This document shows, one piece after another, positions 32,450 through 41,351 of a DNA stretch of 64,000 nucleotides (positions within the stretch are counted from its first letter, which is position 1; each line of letters starts with the position of its first letter). Source of the stretch: an uncultured Chloroflexia bacterium. Its GTDB lineage: Bacteria; Chloroflexota; Limnocylindria; Limnocylindrales; CSP1-4. The notes below the pieces were generated by a model. That model was given only the letters and a program-made list of their open reading frames with translations, had not been told where the DNA came from and made no database searches. Where the stretch lies: the NCBI GenBank assembly GCA_963707215.1, contig CAVPPB010000003.1, forward strand, positions 1,152,001 through 1,216,000, in the 5' to 3' direction. The position numbers and the translations under genes are program-made.

Positions 32450-33246
32450 GCGCACCGATCCGGCGAGACGTGGGGGAGCCCCGGGTGATCGTCCTACCCG
32501 ACCCGGCCTCGGTCGCCGCGGCGACTGCCGACCGGATCGCCGCGGCGCTCGTGGTCGCGGTCGCCGAGCGGGGGGTCGCCCATTGGGTCACGACCGGCGG
32601 CTCCAGACCACCGGACATCTACCGGGCCCTGGCGACACCGCCCCGACGCGACCGGGTGACCTGGTCGAACGTCCACCTGTGGTGGGGTGACGATCGCTTC
32701 GTTCCCCGGGCGGACCCGCTCAGCAACGTCCGGTCGGCCGATGAGCTGCTGCTGGCGCCCGGCACGGGCGTCGCGATCCCGCCTGACTCGGTCCATCCCG
32801 TGCCGACCGACGAGGCGTTCGACCGGGGCCTCGACAACACCTGGGCCGCAGAACGCTACGGGGCCACGATCAGCCGGCTCGTACCCGAGGGTCCCGACGG
32901 CTGGCCGGTCTTCGACATCGCGCTCATCGGCGTCGGCCCCGACGGCCACCTGTTGTCGGTCTTCCCGGGCTCCGAGGCCTGGGACGCGACGACCGTCGCG
33001 CTGCCGGTCCCGGCCCCGACCCACGTGGAGCCGCACGTCGACCGGGTCACCCTGCACCCCGCGTTTCTCGACAGGGTCGGCGTACTACTGGTCGTCATCA
33101 CCGGCGGCGCCAAGGCCAGCGTCGTCGCCGACATCCTGGGGTCTGATCGCGACGAGCGCCGGCTTCCGGCCCAACGCGCCCGGCGGACCGGGGCGACCTG
33201 GCTGCTCGACGAGGCTGCCAGCGCCGGACTCGCTCGCCCGGCCTAG
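32446..33246 (+). CDS. pgl: 6-phosphogluconolactonase
   Basis: TGGSRP, WWGDDRFVP...SN, GVGPDGH, RVTL, WLLDEAA. Confidence 0.92.
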   Translation: MSAPIRRDVGEPRVIVLPDPASVAAATADRIAAALVVAVAERGVAHWVTTGGSRPPDIYRALATPPRRDRVTWSNVHLWWGDDRFVPRADPLSNVRSADELLLAPGTGVAIPPDSVHPVPTDEAFDRGLDNTWAAERYGATISRLVPEGPDGWPVFDIALIGVGPDGHLLSVFPGSEAWDATTVALPVPAPTHVEPHVDRVTLHPAFLDRVGVLLVVITGGAKASVVADILGSDRDERRLPAQRARRTGATWLLDEAASAGLARPA

Positions 33247-33917
33247 CGGTTCGCCAGCCAGACAGCGACGGCGCTCGACTCGACGGGTCCACCGTGCCCG
33301 AGGTGGAAGCGGCGGGCCCCTCCCTCGAGGAGCGCCCGGGTCGCGCTCATCGCGGCCGCTCCGTCGGCCTGGAAGTAGTGACCCAGCGGGCGGCCCGGAC
33401 CGAGACGCCCACCCATGCGGCCGCCTCGCAGGACGTCGCCGGCCAGGACGTCGCCGTCGGGAAGGAGGGCCGCCAGGGAGCCCGGGGTGTGGCCCGGCAC
33501 CGTCCGGAGCGACCCCGTGACGCCGTGCGGACGGAGGTCGAGAGCGTCGTCGATGATGAGGTCCGGCTCGAAGGCCGGGAAGGCCGTCGGGACCAGCGGG
33601 CGGATGAGCCGCGCCTCGAGGCCGCGCGGCACCAACCGGCCGCTTCGCCCGGCCCGGACCAGTCCGATGTCCGGTCGGCCCAGGGCGATCGGAGCGCCGG
33701 TCCGCTCGCGGAGCGCGGCAGCTGCCCCGGCGTGGTCGGCATGGCCATGACCGAGGACGATGAGCGCCAGGTCACCTGAACGGATCCCGGCCTGCTCGAG
33801 CGCCCGGAGGATGGAGCGCTCGTCGCCGGGGCTGCCGGCATCGAAGAGGACCGCACGGTCGTCGAGGATGAGATGCGTGTTCGACCAGGCGAGCCGGATC
33901 GTCTGGATCCGGGTCAT
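33243..33917 (-). CDS. Metallo-beta-lactamase fold hydrolase
   Basis: HGHADHAG, PGHTPGS, AGD, GHG. Confidence 0.9.
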   Translation of the reverse strand: MTRIQTIRLAWSNTHLILDDRAVLFDAGSPGDERSILRALEQAGIRSGDLALIVLGHGHADHAGAAAALRERTGAPIALGRPDIGLVRAGRSGRLVPRGLEARLIRPLVPTAFPAFEPDLIIDDALDLRPHGVTGSLRTVPGHTPGSLAALLPDGDVLAGDVLRGGRMGGRLGPGRPLGHYFQADGAAAMSATRALLEGGARRFHLGHGGPVESSAVAVWLANR

Positions 33918-34873
33918 GCGGCGCGTCCCTCGGCGTCGCCCTCCTGGTCGCGCCACCAGCGGACCGTCTCGACCAGAGCCGCCTCGAGCGGCGTCGCCCG
34001 GAGACCGAAGGCCCCCTCGGCCTTGGATGCGTCGAGGACGAACGGCTCCTCGAACTCGTAGGCCATCTCGATCATCTCGCGGGCCATCGGAACGAAGACG
34101 CCGGCAAGGAAGAGCATCGGCCTGGAGACCCGGCTCAGGCCAGGCACCCGAACGCCGGCCGCCGCGGCCGCGAGCTCGACGAAGCGAGCCTGTGAGACGG
34201 CCGGAGCGGTCGGCACGTGCCAGACCTCGCCGAGCGCGTCCGGCCGATGACCGAGCTCGATGAGCGTCGCAGCGAAGTCCGGCAGGTACGTGTACGAGTG
34301 GGGAAGGGCCGGGTCGCCGAACACCTGGACCTTCCGGCCGGCCAGGAGCGCCGGGAAGAGACGCTCGCCGACGACCGTGTCGGTGCCGCGCGGCCCGAAG
34401 TAGTCCGACGCCCGGGCGATGGTCACCGGGACGTCGCCGGCCCGGTGGGCCGCCATCAGGCGGTCGGCCAGCGCTGCCCGGGCACGGCCCTTGCGGGTCG
34501 TGGCGGCGTACGGAAGGTCTTCGGTGATCGGCCGGCCATGCGTCGGCGCGTACATGTAGAGGTTGTCGGCGACGGCCAGTCTGGTGCCCGATCCGGCAAG
34601 ACCACCCAGGACGCCCTCGGCGAGGAGCGGGAAGCCCCTCGGCCAGTCGGTATAGGCGGGCTGGCAGGTGAAGTACGCGACCTCGGCCCCGGCGGCCACG
34701 GCGCGGACGGCGGCCGGGTCGGTCAGGTCGGCGGTGGCGGGCTCGGCTCCGGCGACGACAGCGCGGCCGGATCGGCTGACGATGCGGACGGGCTCGCCGG
34801 CGGCTACCAGCTGCTCCGCGATGGTCGAGCCGATCGCGCCGGCTCCCAGGACGACGTGGCGGGGTGTGGACAT
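33914..34873 (-). CDS. NAD-dependent epimerase/dehydratase (atypical SDR)
   Basis: VLGAGAIG, DNLYMY, RASDYFGP, HSYTYLPD; AAGGAG RBS. Confidence 0.9.
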   Translation of the reverse strand: MSTPRHVVLGAGAIGSTIAEQLVAAGEPVRIVSRSGRAVVAGAEPATADLTDPAAVRAVAAGAEVAYFTCQPAYTDWPRGFPLLAEGVLGGLAGSGTRLAVADNLYMYAPTHGRPITEDLPYAATTRKGRARAALADRLMAAHRAGDVPVTIARASDYFGPRGTDTVVGERLFPALLAGRKVQVFGDPALPHSYTYLPDFAATLIELGHRPDALGEVWHVPTAPAVSQARFVELAAAAAGVRVPGLSRVSRPMLFLAGVFVPMAREMIEMAYEFEEPFVLDASKAEGAFGLRATPLEAALVETVRWWRDQEGDAEGRAA

Positions 34874-34949
34874 GAACGTGCTCCTTCTGTGCTCGGGTTC
34901 GTGACGGGGGAAGACGGGGACGGCCGGCCGGGTCGGTCGGCGACAGCGA

Positions 34950-35603
34950 TCAGCGAGCGGCGAGCCCCCCCACCAGGCCAGCGAAGAGGTCGTCGATGGT
35001 CCGCTCGGCCGCCAGACGCGGATCCGTCGGCTGGCCGCTCGTCCCGCTGTCCAGGCCCATGTGCCCGTATAGCGAGGCCAGGCCGTGGACCGTGCTCCAG
35101 ACGAGCAGGCCGAGCCGGAACGGGTCGTCGCCCGGCAGCTCGCCCAGCGCCTGGGCCGCCGCGCACAGCTCGATGAGCCGGCTGTAGGCCGCCTCGCCCG
35201 GCGGGTCGTCGCACGGCGCGAACATCACCCGGAAGAGCCCCGGATGCTCCACCGCCTGCATGACGTAGACGAGGCCGTAGGTCCGGAGCGACTCGACGGG
35301 GCCGGCCCCGGGTCGGATCTCCCGATCGAGCCGCTCGACCAGGAGATCGAAGCCGCGCTCGGCCACCTCGTGGAGGAGCTCGTCGCGGTCGCGAAAGTGG
35401 TGGAGCGGGGCCTGGTGAGAGACCCCGACGAGTCGGGCGATACCACGGATCGTCACGGCGTCCGGCCCGCCACCTTCCACGAGCTGGATCCCGGCGTCGA
35501 TGCAGGCCGCTCGAAGGTCGCCGTGGTGATAGGCGGTCCGGCTCGGGGGCGTCTCGCCGGCCCCACGGGCCTGGGTCGGTCCGGGTGTCGCTGTCCGGCT
35601 CAT
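34950..35603 (-). CDS. TetR/AcrR family regulator (WHG C-terminal domain)
   Basis: YHHGDLR, TIRGIARLVGVSHQAPLHHF, WSTVHGLA; AGGAGG RBS. Confidence 0.92.
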   Translation of the reverse strand: MSRTATPGPTQARGAGETPPSRTAYHHGDLRAACIDAGIQLVEGGGPDAVTIRGIARLVGVSHQAPLHHFRDRDELLHEVAERGFDLLVERLDREIRPGAGPVESLRTYGLVYVMQAVEHPGLFRVMFAPCDDPPGEAAYSRLIELCAAAQALGELPGDDPFRLGLLVWSTVHGLASLYGHMGLDSGTSGQPTDPRLAAERTIDDLFAGLVGGLAAR

Positions 35604-35631
35604 CGTTCGAACGGCCTCCTGCATGCCGTAT

Positions 35632-35674
35632 GTTGACAGTGCCAACTTTACGCCGTCAACTTGACCCTGTCAAG
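35632..35674 (-). promoter_or_regulatory. Sigma70-type promoter with two 15-bp TetR operator palindromes
   Basis: Minus strand TTGACA (35673-35668), 17 nt, TAAAGT (35650-35645); palindromes GTTGACAGTGCCAAC (35632-35646) and CTTGACCCTGTCAAG (35660-35674). Confidence 0.8.
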
Positions 35675-35719
35675 GTCCGCTGCTCACGGCGGCGTCCTGC
35701 GCTCGGGTACGCTCGCTGC

Positions 35720-36568
35720 GTGGCTGCCCCGCTCCCCGCCCACGGCCGGGTCCGCGGACCCGACGACACGCCGATCGCCTGGTTCCGAGAACCGGCCGGC
35801 CCCGCTCCGGCCGAAGTCTCCGATGGGCGTCCGGCGCTCCTGCTGGTCCACGGCACGACCGCCGACCACACGACGTTCCGGGTATTCGGGCCGAGGATGG
35901 CCGCGTCCCGGACCACGATCTCGATGGATCGCCGAGGGCGTGGCGCCTCGGGCGACGGGCCGGAGCACACCTTCGCCCACGAGGTCGAAGACGTCGCCGC
36001 CGTCGCGGGCGCGCTCGCCGCGGTGACCAGCGGGCCGGTCGACGTCTTCGGCCACTCGTTCGGTGGCCGTTGCGCGCTCGGGGCAGCAGCGCTGGCGCCG
36101 GCCTCCATCCGCCGGGTGGTGAGCTACGAGGGCGCGGTCCGCGAAGGCGACCCGATCGGCGACGACCGCCTGGTCGACCGACTCGAGCGGCTGCACCAGG
36201 GAGAGCGCTGGCCGGAGCTCCTCGAGACGTTCCTGCGCGACGGGGTCGGGATGTCCGACGACGAATGGCGGACGTTCCGCGAGGCCCCGGTCTGGAGGCT
36301 CCGTCTCGCGGCCGCCCGGACGGTCGTCCGCGAGTTGCGGGCCGGCCGCGATCCCGAGGGGTCGCTCGACCGGCTGGCCGCACTCCATCAGTCGGTCCTC
36401 CAGGTCGTCGGATCGGAGAGCTCGGCAGCCTTCGTCGAGGGGGCTCGCGATCTCGCCGATCGACTCCCCGACGGACGGCTCGCCGTGATCGAGGGCGCCC
36501 GCCACGCCGCCCATCACACGCACGTCGACGAGCTGGCGCGGCTGGTGACCGGGTTCCTCGACGGCTGA
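35720..36568 (+). CDS. Alpha/beta hydrolase
   Basis: LLVHGT, DRRGRGASGD, GHSFGG, C-terminal His; GTG 6 nt after TACGCT. Confidence 0.88.
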   Translation: MAAPLPAHGRVRGPDDTPIAWFREPAGPAPAEVSDGRPALLLVHGTTADHTTFRVFGPRMAASRTTISMDRRGRGASGDGPEHTFAHEVEDVAAVAGALAAVTSGPVDVFGHSFGGRCALGAAALAPASIRRVVSYEGAVREGDPIGDDRLVDRLERLHQGERWPELLETFLRDGVGMSDDEWRTFREAPVWRLRLAAARTVVRELRAGRDPEGSLDRLAALHQSVLQVVGSESSAAFVEGARDLADRLPDGRLAVIEGARHAAHHTHVDELARLVTGFLDG

Positions 36569-36611
36569 GACGGCGTCGCCTGCATCCCGGCCGGCCGACT
36601 ACCATCGGCCC

Positions 36612-37742
36612 ATGACCGAGAACACGCCGACCGCTGCCGCCACCCTTCCCCTCGACGACCGTCCGTACTCCCCCGGCCTCGAGGGCGTCATCGCCGCGGA
36701 GACCGCCTTGGGCTACGTCGACGGTGCCGCCGGCCGACTCCTGTACCGCGGCTACAGGATCGGCGACCTCGTGGAGCGCGGATCGTTCCCGGCGGTCGCG
36801 GAGCTGCTCTGGACGGGCGAGTGGGATGCCTCCGCCCGGCTGGCGGCGGCGCCGGTCCCCGATGCGGTCATGACGGTCCTGCGGGCCCTGCCGCCGACCA
36901 CGAAGCCGATGGACGCCCTGCGGACCGCGGTCTCGGCCTGGGGCGCGACCCAGGCGCTGGGCTGGCCGCCGACCGTCGAGGACGCCAGGGCAGTCACGTC
37001 CTTCTCGCCGTCGGCCCTGGCCGCCTTCGCCCGGCTGCGCGCCGGTCTCGAGCCGATCGCGCCCGACCCTGATCTCGACCTCGTCGAGGGGTTCCTCTAC
37101 CAGCTGGCCGGCGAGCGCCCCGACCCGGGCACGGCACGGGCCCTTGACGCCTACTTCATCGTCGGTGCCGAGCACGGCCTCAACGCCTCGACGTTCGCGG
37201 CCCGGGTCGTCGTCTCGACACGCTCGGACATGGCCTCGGCCGTCGTCGGGGCGATCGGCGCGATGAAGGGGCCCCTCCACGGCGGCGCCCCATCCGAGGT
37301 CGTCGAGCAGATCCACCAGGTCGGCTCGCCCGAGCGGGCCGAGGCCTGGGTCCTCGAGGCGCTCGACCGGGGCGACCGGCTGATGGGCTTCGGCCACCGC
37401 GTCTACCGGGCCTACGACCCGCGGGCCTCGGCGCTCCGCAAGGTCGCCGAGTCGATGGAGACCCGGCCGGACTGGCTCGAGCTGGCCGTCGCGGTCGAGG
37501 ACGTCGCCCTGCGGATCCTCGCGGAGCGCTACCCGGACCGCGCCCTCCGCACCAACGTCGAGTACTACGCGGCCCCGGTGCTCATGGGGGTGGGCCTGAC
37601 CCCGGACCTGTTCCCGGCCGCCTTCGCCCTGGCCCGCCATGCCGGCTGGACGGCCCACGTCCTGGAGCAGGCCGCCAACAACCGGCTGATCCGGCCCGAC
37701 GCCCGCTACACGGGACCGGCCGAGCGCGACCTACCGGGCTGA
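36612..37742 (+). CDS. Citrate synthase / 2-methylcitrate synthase
   Basis: GLEGV, LLYRGY, EHGLNASTF, GPLHGGA, MGFGHRVY, NVEYY, RLIRP. Confidence 0.92.
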   Translation: MTENTPTAAATLPLDDRPYSPGLEGVIAAETALGYVDGAAGRLLYRGYRIGDLVERGSFPAVAELLWTGEWDASARLAAAPVPDAVMTVLRALPPTTKPMDALRTAVSAWGATQALGWPPTVEDARAVTSFSPSALAAFARLRAGLEPIAPDPDLDLVEGFLYQLAGERPDPGTARALDAYFIVGAEHGLNASTFAARVVVSTRSDMASAVVGAIGAMKGPLHGGAPSEVVEQIHQVGSPERAEAWVLEALDRGDRLMGFGHRVYRAYDPRASALRKVAESMETRPDWLELAVAVEDVALRILAERYPDRALRTNVEYYAAPVLMGVGLTPDLFPAAFALARHAGWTAHVLEQAANNRLIRPDARYTGPAERDLPG

Positions 37743-37837
37743 CGTCGATCCTGGATCGACCCCCGCTCCAGCCGCGATCGCGGACGGTATCCTGCACGCC
37801 TGCGTCCCGTTCGGGCGCCGTCAAGGTGAGGAGCGAG

Positions 37838-38263
37838 ATGGCCCCCAAGGATCCCAAACTCGACCTGCTCCGTTCGATCGGGCTGTTCTCGCGGCTCGAC
37901 CGACGCGGTCTCGAGCGCCTCGGGCAGCTCGTGGACGAGGTCGAACTGCCCGCCGACAAGGTCCTGATGCGCCAGGGCGACACGGGCGCGGAAGCCTTCA
38001 TCATCGTCTCCGGAAGGCTCGCCGTCGTCCGGGACGGACGACCGTTGCAGGACCGAGGCCCGGGCGAGATCGTCGGGGAGATCGCCCTGCTCTCGGAAGG
38101 ACCGAGGATGGCCACGGTGACGACCGCCGAGCCGAGCCGCCTGCTCGTCCTCGGGCACCGGGAGTTCCATGCCCTCATGGACGAGCAGCCGGCGATCCGC
38201 CTCGCCGTGCTCGATGAGCTCGCCGTTCGCCTTCGTTCGCTGGAGGAGCTCACCGCCCGCTGA
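37838..38263 (+). CDS. Stand-alone cyclic-nucleotide-binding domain protein
   Basis: LF, RQGD.G, GPGEIVGEIALL...PRMATV phosphate-binding cassette; no HTH; GAGGAG RBS. Confidence 0.92.
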   Translation: MAPKDPKLDLLRSIGLFSRLDRRGLERLGQLVDEVELPADKVLMRQGDTGAEAFIIVSGRLAVVRDGRPLQDRGPGEIVGEIALLSEGPRMATVTTAEPSRLLVLGHREFHALMDEQPAIRLAVLDELAVRLRSLEELTAR

Positions 38264-38306
38264 AGCTCCCGGCGGCCCGGACCGACCGGGAGGACGCGGT
38301 CGCCCG

Positions 38307-40304
38307 TCAGTCCAGGGACGCCACCTCGACCGGTTCGCGGATCCCGCGCAGGCGCTCCCGGCGCAGCGGTCCGTGCGCATCGGCCCGCCCGGCAGCTTCC
38401 ATCGTGGCGCGGCTGACGAGGATCTCGTCCGGTCCGGCGAGCGCCCCGATCCGGGCGGCGACGTGGACGCCGCGGCCCTCGAAGCCCGATGACGTTCGCA
38501 GCGCCTCGGCCGTGTGCAGCCCGATCCTCACCGCCGGCGCGAACCCGTGCTGGCGGCGATGGTCGAGAAGCTTCCGGCGGATCGCCATCGCGCAATCGAT
38601 GGCCCCTGAAGCCGACTCGAAGGAGACGAAGAACCCGTCGCCCGCGTGGTGGATCTCGCGACCCCCATGGGTGCGCAAGAGGGCCCGGATGGTCGTGTCG
38701 TGCCACGCCAGGAGCCTGCCCCAGGCTTCATCCCCGACGGCCTCGATCAGGCTCGTGGAGCCGACGATGTCGGTGAACATGAACGTCGCCGACGACAGGT
38801 CCGGGAGGGGCCCGTGGGCCTGGGGGTGGTCGGACGGCAGGTCGCGCGCCCGGGCGGCGGCCGTGTCGGCGCCGAGCGCGGCGTAGGCCGCGGACGCCGC
38901 GCCTGCTTCGAGGACCGCCGCATCGAGGTCGCCAGCGGCCAGGAACGCGGCTGCGAGACCCTCGCGAGCGCTCGCGCTCTCGTAGGGGGCGCCCGTGGCG
39001 GACCACGCTTGGACCGCGTCCCGGAAGGCCGCGATCGCGGCCTCGGCATCGCTGCCTGCGATGGCGACCCGACCGCGGGCGGTCAGCGCCTCCGCGCGAA
39101 GGACATCGGTCGCGAACGTGGTCGCCGTCGACTCGAGGCTCGCGGTCGCGGCCTCGGCTCGGCCGAGATCGCGGACGGCGATCGCAGCGACGACCTCGGC
39201 CGGCAGCAGCCGAGCTCGCCGGAGCGGGATGAGGGTCGGATCGGCGAGCGCCCGCGCGAGGAGGGTGGCCGCCGCCTCCGGTCGCCCCTGGTCGAGCCGG
39301 AGCAGGGCGAGGCCCGGCAGGGGATCACGACCCAGCCGGTGGGCCTCGGTGAAGGCTGCATCGGCGCCCGGGAGGTCGCCCATCCGACGACGGATCTCGC
39401 CGATCTGGTAGAACCCCTCCGCTGCGAAGTCGTGGCTGAAGTCGATGAGCTCCTCGCAGGCGAGGCGGGCCTCCCTCTCGGCCTGCTCCCATGCCCCACG
39501 AAGGGCGATGAGCTCGACCGTTCGCACGCGGCACATCCCAGGGAAGCCCGCGATCGACTGGCGGTCGCACCATCGCTTGGCCGTATCGGCGAACGCCTGC
39601 GCTCGACGGAAGTCGGTCAGGTCCTCGCAGGCGATCGTCGCATTGCAGAAGACCGCGGCTGCGGGATACGGCGAAACCTCGCCGGCCAGCGCCGCAACGA
39701 CGGCCTCGTCGAGCGCCTCGAGGCCTTCCTCCACCCGGCCCTGGGCGATGAGGACCCGACCGCGGTCCTGGAGCCCCATCACCTCGAGGTCTCGATCACC
39801 GAGCTGGGTCCCGATCGAAAGGACCTCGTCGGCCAGGGCGAGCGCCTCCTCGACGTCGCCCGCGGACAGGGCGCGACCGACACGTGCCCGGGCGAGCCAG
39901 CCGTGGGCCGGTGAGAGCGGCAGGTCGGCGAGCAGTCGTTCGGCCCGCTTGATCCAACCCGCCCCGATGGCCGCCTCCGACCGGTAGCCGTGATCCGTCG
40001 CCAGGTGGATGGCGACCCTCGCCGCCCGATCGGGCTCACCCTCGGCGAGGTAGGCGGCCACCGCCCGCTCCCGGTAGTCGATGGCGTCACCGAGCCGTCC
40101 GGACCACCAGGCCGCCTCGCCAAGGCCATCGAGGTCGACCCCGGCAAGGGTCGTGGCAGCCAGCCCCAGCGCCTCGACCTGCGCGTGCTCGCGGAGCGCA
40201 TCGGCCCAGCGCCGCTCGGCAAGGGCCGTCCGCATCGCCTCCAGGGCATCCGCCAGCGCGGGGCCGGCGATCCCGGGCGAGGGTGGGTCGGGACGCGACT
40301 CCAT
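38307..40304 (-). CDS. TPR/MalT-like repeat protein with a C-terminal class III nucleotidyl cyclase domain
   Basis: Helical-repeat N-terminus; FMFTDIVGST, GDGF, VRIGLH, VHVAAR, EILVS. Confidence 0.88.
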   Translation of the reverse strand: MESRPDPPSPGIAGPALADALEAMRTALAERRWADALREHAQVEALGLAATTLAGVDLDGLGEAAWWSGRLGDAIDYRERAVAAYLAEGEPDRAARVAIHLATDHGYRSEAAIGAGWIKRAERLLADLPLSPAHGWLARARVGRALSAGDVEEALALADEVLSIGTQLGDRDLEVMGLQDRGRVLIAQGRVEEGLEALDEAVVAALAGEVSPYPAAAVFCNATIACEDLTDFRRAQAFADTAKRWCDRQSIAGFPGMCRVRTVELIALRGAWEQAEREARLACEELIDFSHDFAAEGFYQIGEIRRRMGDLPGADAAFTEAHRLGRDPLPGLALLRLDQGRPEAAATLLARALADPTLIPLRRARLLPAEVVAAIAVRDLGRAEAATASLESTATTFATDVLRAEALTARGRVAIAGSDAEAAIAAFRDAVQAWSATGAPYESASAREGLAAAFLAAGDLDAAVLEAGAASAAYAALGADTAAARARDLPSDHPQAHGPLPDLSSATFMFTDIVGSTSLIEAVGDEAWGRLLAWHDTTIRALLRTHGGREIHHAGDGFFVSFESASGAIDCAMAIRRKLLDHRRQHGFAPAVRIGLHTAEALRTSSGFEGRGVHVAARIGALAGPDEILVSRATMEAAGRADAHGPLRRERLRGIREPVEVASLD

Positions 40305-40312
40305 GGCTGGGG

Positions 40313-41314
40313 CTATAGCCAGCCCTGGCGGCGGAAGAACAGGACGGTCGCGGTCAGCATCGTGCCCATCAAGGCGATGACCAGCCAGAAGGCGACCAGG
40401 TTCCCCTGGCCGGGCACCTCGACGTTCATCCCCCAGATGCTGGCCACGAGGGTCAGCGGCATCAGGATGACGCTGACCGAGGTCAGGACCCGGAGGATGG
40501 AGTTCAGGCGGTGCGAGAGGACGCCCTCGTTGGTGGTCTCCAGCGCCTCGACGACCTCCTTGTAGTTCTCCAGGATGTCCCAGATCCGCTCGGCGGCGTC
40601 GGAGATGTCGTCGAAGTAGATCTCCAGGTCCTCGGCCAGGTAGCGCTGCTTGGTCCGTTCGAGGTCTCGGAGAACAGCCCGCATCGGGCGGACGATGCGC
40701 CGGAAGTTGATGATCTCCTGCTTCGAGTTGGAGATGTCGCGGACGACCTCGTCGCTGCGGCCCTCGAAGATGTCGTCCTCGATCCGGTCGAGCTTGTGGC
40801 CCATCTTGCGGAGCATCGGGAACGACGCGTCGACGCAGGCGTCGACGAGCTTGTAGAGCAGGTAGCCGGAACCCTTGGAGAAGATCTGCTCGCGGAGCTC
40901 GTCACGCTCCGAGTAGCGCTCGAACAGGGCCTCCAGGGGTGGGATCGGCTCGTTAGGCAGGGTCATCAGGTAGTCGGGCCCGATGAACAGGTCGAGCTCG
41001 GCTGGCGCGAGCCGGTCCGCGGCCTTGTCGAAGATCGGGAACTGGAGGATGACGAACAGGTAGTCGTCGTAGGCGTCGAGCTTGGGCCGCTGGTTCCGCG
41101 AGTAGAGGTCCTCGAAGTCGAGCGGGTGGAACTCGAAGGTGTCCTCGATCCAGGACCGATCAGCCAGCCGAGGCCGGGTGATGTTGATCCAGCGGAGACC
41201 GGCGGCCTCGATGACCTCGGGCTCGGAAGGCTCGTTGGCCGGCAGGGCGCCCGGGGTCGACCCGTTACCGCCGGTGCGGCGGAGCCGGGGTAGCGGTCGC
41301 GGGAGGTTCGGCAT
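40313..41314 (-). CDS. corA: Magnesium transporter CorA family
   Basis: FHPLDFED, QRPK, GMN signature and two C-terminal TM helices. Confidence 0.93.
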   Translation of the reverse strand: MPNLPRPLPRLRRTGGNGSTPGALPANEPSEPEVIEAAGLRWINITRPRLADRSWIEDTFEFHPLDFEDLYSRNQRPKLDAYDDYLFVILQFPIFDKAADRLAPAELDLFIGPDYLMTLPNEPIPPLEALFERYSERDELREQIFSKGSGYLLYKLVDACVDASFPMLRKMGHKLDRIEDDIFEGRSDEVVRDISNSKQEIINFRRIVRPMRAVLRDLERTKQRYLAEDLEIYFDDISDAAERIWDILENYKEVVEALETTNEGVLSHRLNSILRVLTSVSVILMPLTLVASIWGMNVEVPGQGNLVAFWLVIALMGTMLTATVLFFRRQGWL

Positions 41315-41351
41315 CGTCCCCTCCTCGGGCCCGGGTCTTCATGAGCGCATC

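Noticed and set aside
37838-40304. Calling the cyclase + cNMP-binding pair a Pycsar defence system
   Set aside because: The genes are convergent, the receptor has no TIR or TM effector, and the context is housekeeping; kept only as an atypical signalling pair.
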